DNA of 64,000 nt from Raillietiella orientalis (lineage: Eukaryota). This document shows, in pieces, positions 62,301 through 64,000 of the stretch (the first letter of the stretch is position 1; every line of letters begins with the position of its first letter). The stretch spans positions 2,294,001-2,358,000 of the forward strand of contig JAYWIR010000018.1 in NCBI GenBank assembly GCA_036172245.1, given 5' to 3'. The notes beneath the pieces were generated by a model. That model saw only the letters and a list, made by a program, of their open reading frames with translations, ran no database searches and was not told the DNA's origin. The position numbers and the translations under genes are program-made.

Positions 62301-63199
62301 AAGCCCCAGTCCAAAGAGGAGAAAGGCAGCCTAAAAGGCACCGGATCCCGGGGATCGCGAACTGCTACGAACCCCCTACCCAGGAGCAGCACTAACGTGC
62401 TATGGAGAGCCCCGTTCCCAAGTAACGCGATGCTATTGACTTTGTCCTTGTTTCCCCCTTATGGAAAAAGAATCCGCGAGTGCCCCACCCAAGTCTGCCT
62501 AGGTGTCTCGTGGGTGGGCTCGGAAACTACCCTGCCTCGGGCAAGGGGAGTTCGCGAGGACTCGCGAAGCAGCTTCTATGGCCAGTGGTGGGACAGAGGT
62601 TTCATGAGGGTCGACACTCATCTGGGGAACTGATGAGGATGGAGAAGGAAGAGAGAGTGTGCTGTCCGGCCACCCTTCGAGGATGGGGAGGAAGGAAAGA
62701 AAGCGCACACCTTGGAAAACACTCCGAGGAGAGGAGGAAGGGGAGGAGTAGAAGCTGAACTGCTGGGAATTGGGGATCGGCGGCGGCCCACGAAATAGGG
62801 AGTGGAACATGCCTGTTCGAGGGAAGGGAGGGGCACAACAGGAGTGTCTGAAAAGAACCAAAAAATCCTCGGTTCGGGACCTGGAAGAGGAAGCATTTCC
62901 ATGTGATTGACTCCGCTTTCTGATGGACAGATGAGCGCCAGGTCACGCGCCTCACCCTTGGGCACCCGAGATCAGCGGAGGAAAGGAGAGACGAGAAAGG
63001 AGACTCCCATGGGACTCTTGGCATCGAACCAGGGTGCTAGGACGGCGCGTTCAGAGCGGAAGACGCATCTAGGAAGGAGCACGGCATCCCTCGCCAAGAG
63101 GAACCGACGGGGACTGTCCACCCTTCCTCCCCTAAAGCGGTTTCTCTGGCCCTGGGAGTGAGAACTCTCCGCGTGGATGCTGGATCTCCTCCTCTCTAC

Positions 63200-64000
63200 T
63201 TCCTTATCCTCACGTGAATTGCTAGAGGATTCTTCTGGAAGGCGAAAGGGGGGATAGGAAGGAGACAGTGGCGCTCAGAACCCCTACCGGTGAGTTCCAG
63301 GCGTCTCCTTGACTCCATGACCGATACCGGCACTCACCCGGGACGATTAACATCCTCTTGAGGTCTTCGAAGCGAGCAAAAGATTCTCCTCGATTTTTTT
63401 TTTTTTCGTCTCTTTCTTGACCTCGTAGGAGGTCAGGCAAGACACTTCTGAGGTCATGTCGTAATCCGCCTCCAGTGGTTGTTCCGCCCTAGGCGAAGCC
63501 TCCTTGCGAGAAGAACGAACGGTCTCCGGGCATTTGCAGTGTCCGCCGATGCTGCAAGAAGTGAAGAAAGGGTGGGCGAGGAGACTGAGGGGTAGTGTCC
63601 ATTCTCTGCTCCAGAGAGCGCTAACCTCCCTCTTCTTCCGTCTCTGCCGGTCCCAACACTCCTGAGAACTCTTCATCCTTCCTCCGGGTGCCCTCTTTCC
63701 TCTAAGAGGATGCGCCACTTTCACCTTTCCACCCTTTGTCTTTCCCTCCGTTCTGGTTAGAGTAACCACCGACCAAGGTGCCACAAGCCGAGCTCGCCAT
63801 CCCCTCACCGAGGAGGCTGCTGTGCAGATGGTGCTCCCGCAAAAAGCTTTTCGCGTGTTGGGGGGATAGCATTGCGCGGAGGTTGCCGTCTTCCTTGCAC
63901 GATGGCAGCACCAGCGAAGGGGACGAATCCTCCGCCGGAGTCGGTATAGGGCCTTTCCCGCGGGGACCCTTCAACACTCGGCGTGACGCAGGAGTTCGGC
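63200..64000 (-). mobile_element. Probable ORF1 region of the same LINE, with a degenerate zinc knuckle
   Basis: PFFTSCSIGGHCKCP resembles a Cx2Cx4Hx4C knuckle. FARFEDLKRML resembles the ASLKRIL block of the other ORF1-like copies. It lies upstream of the ORF2 remnant on the same strand. Confidence 0.4.

Noticed and set aside
1..64000. CRISPR arrays, operons, rRNA genes or prokaryotic defence systems
   Set aside because: No regularly spaced repeat-spacer array, no dense coding and no rRNA signature; spliceosomal introns and LINEs show this is animal nuclear DNA.

Overview
This is animal nuclear DNA, probably from a non-insect arthropod (inferred from the receptor sequence), and it is not prokaryotic. 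The only well-supported host gene is the 3' half of a GABA-B receptor subunit 2 gene on the + strand. Five exons (1361-17380) splice in frame and encode TM4-TM7, the coiled coil and an acidic C-terminal tail; the last intron may use a GC donor. Almost everything else appears to be decayed retroelement sequence: L1/Tx1-like LINE fragments (ORF1, AP endonuclease, RT, C-terminal CCHC finger), older CR1/Jockey-type RT remnants, and three copies of a ~700 bp tRNA-headed SINE-like element whose body is a string of mini-hairpins. The most interesting observations are that SINE-like family, a two-hairpin 3' UTR shared by three LINE copies, a LINE ORF1-like protein I do not recognise, two near-perfect 20-21 bp hairpins and the alternative GC/GT donor. 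I found no convincing new multi-gene system. Retroelement boundaries are approximate (about 100-200 bp) and come from motifs read by eye; no database search was run.
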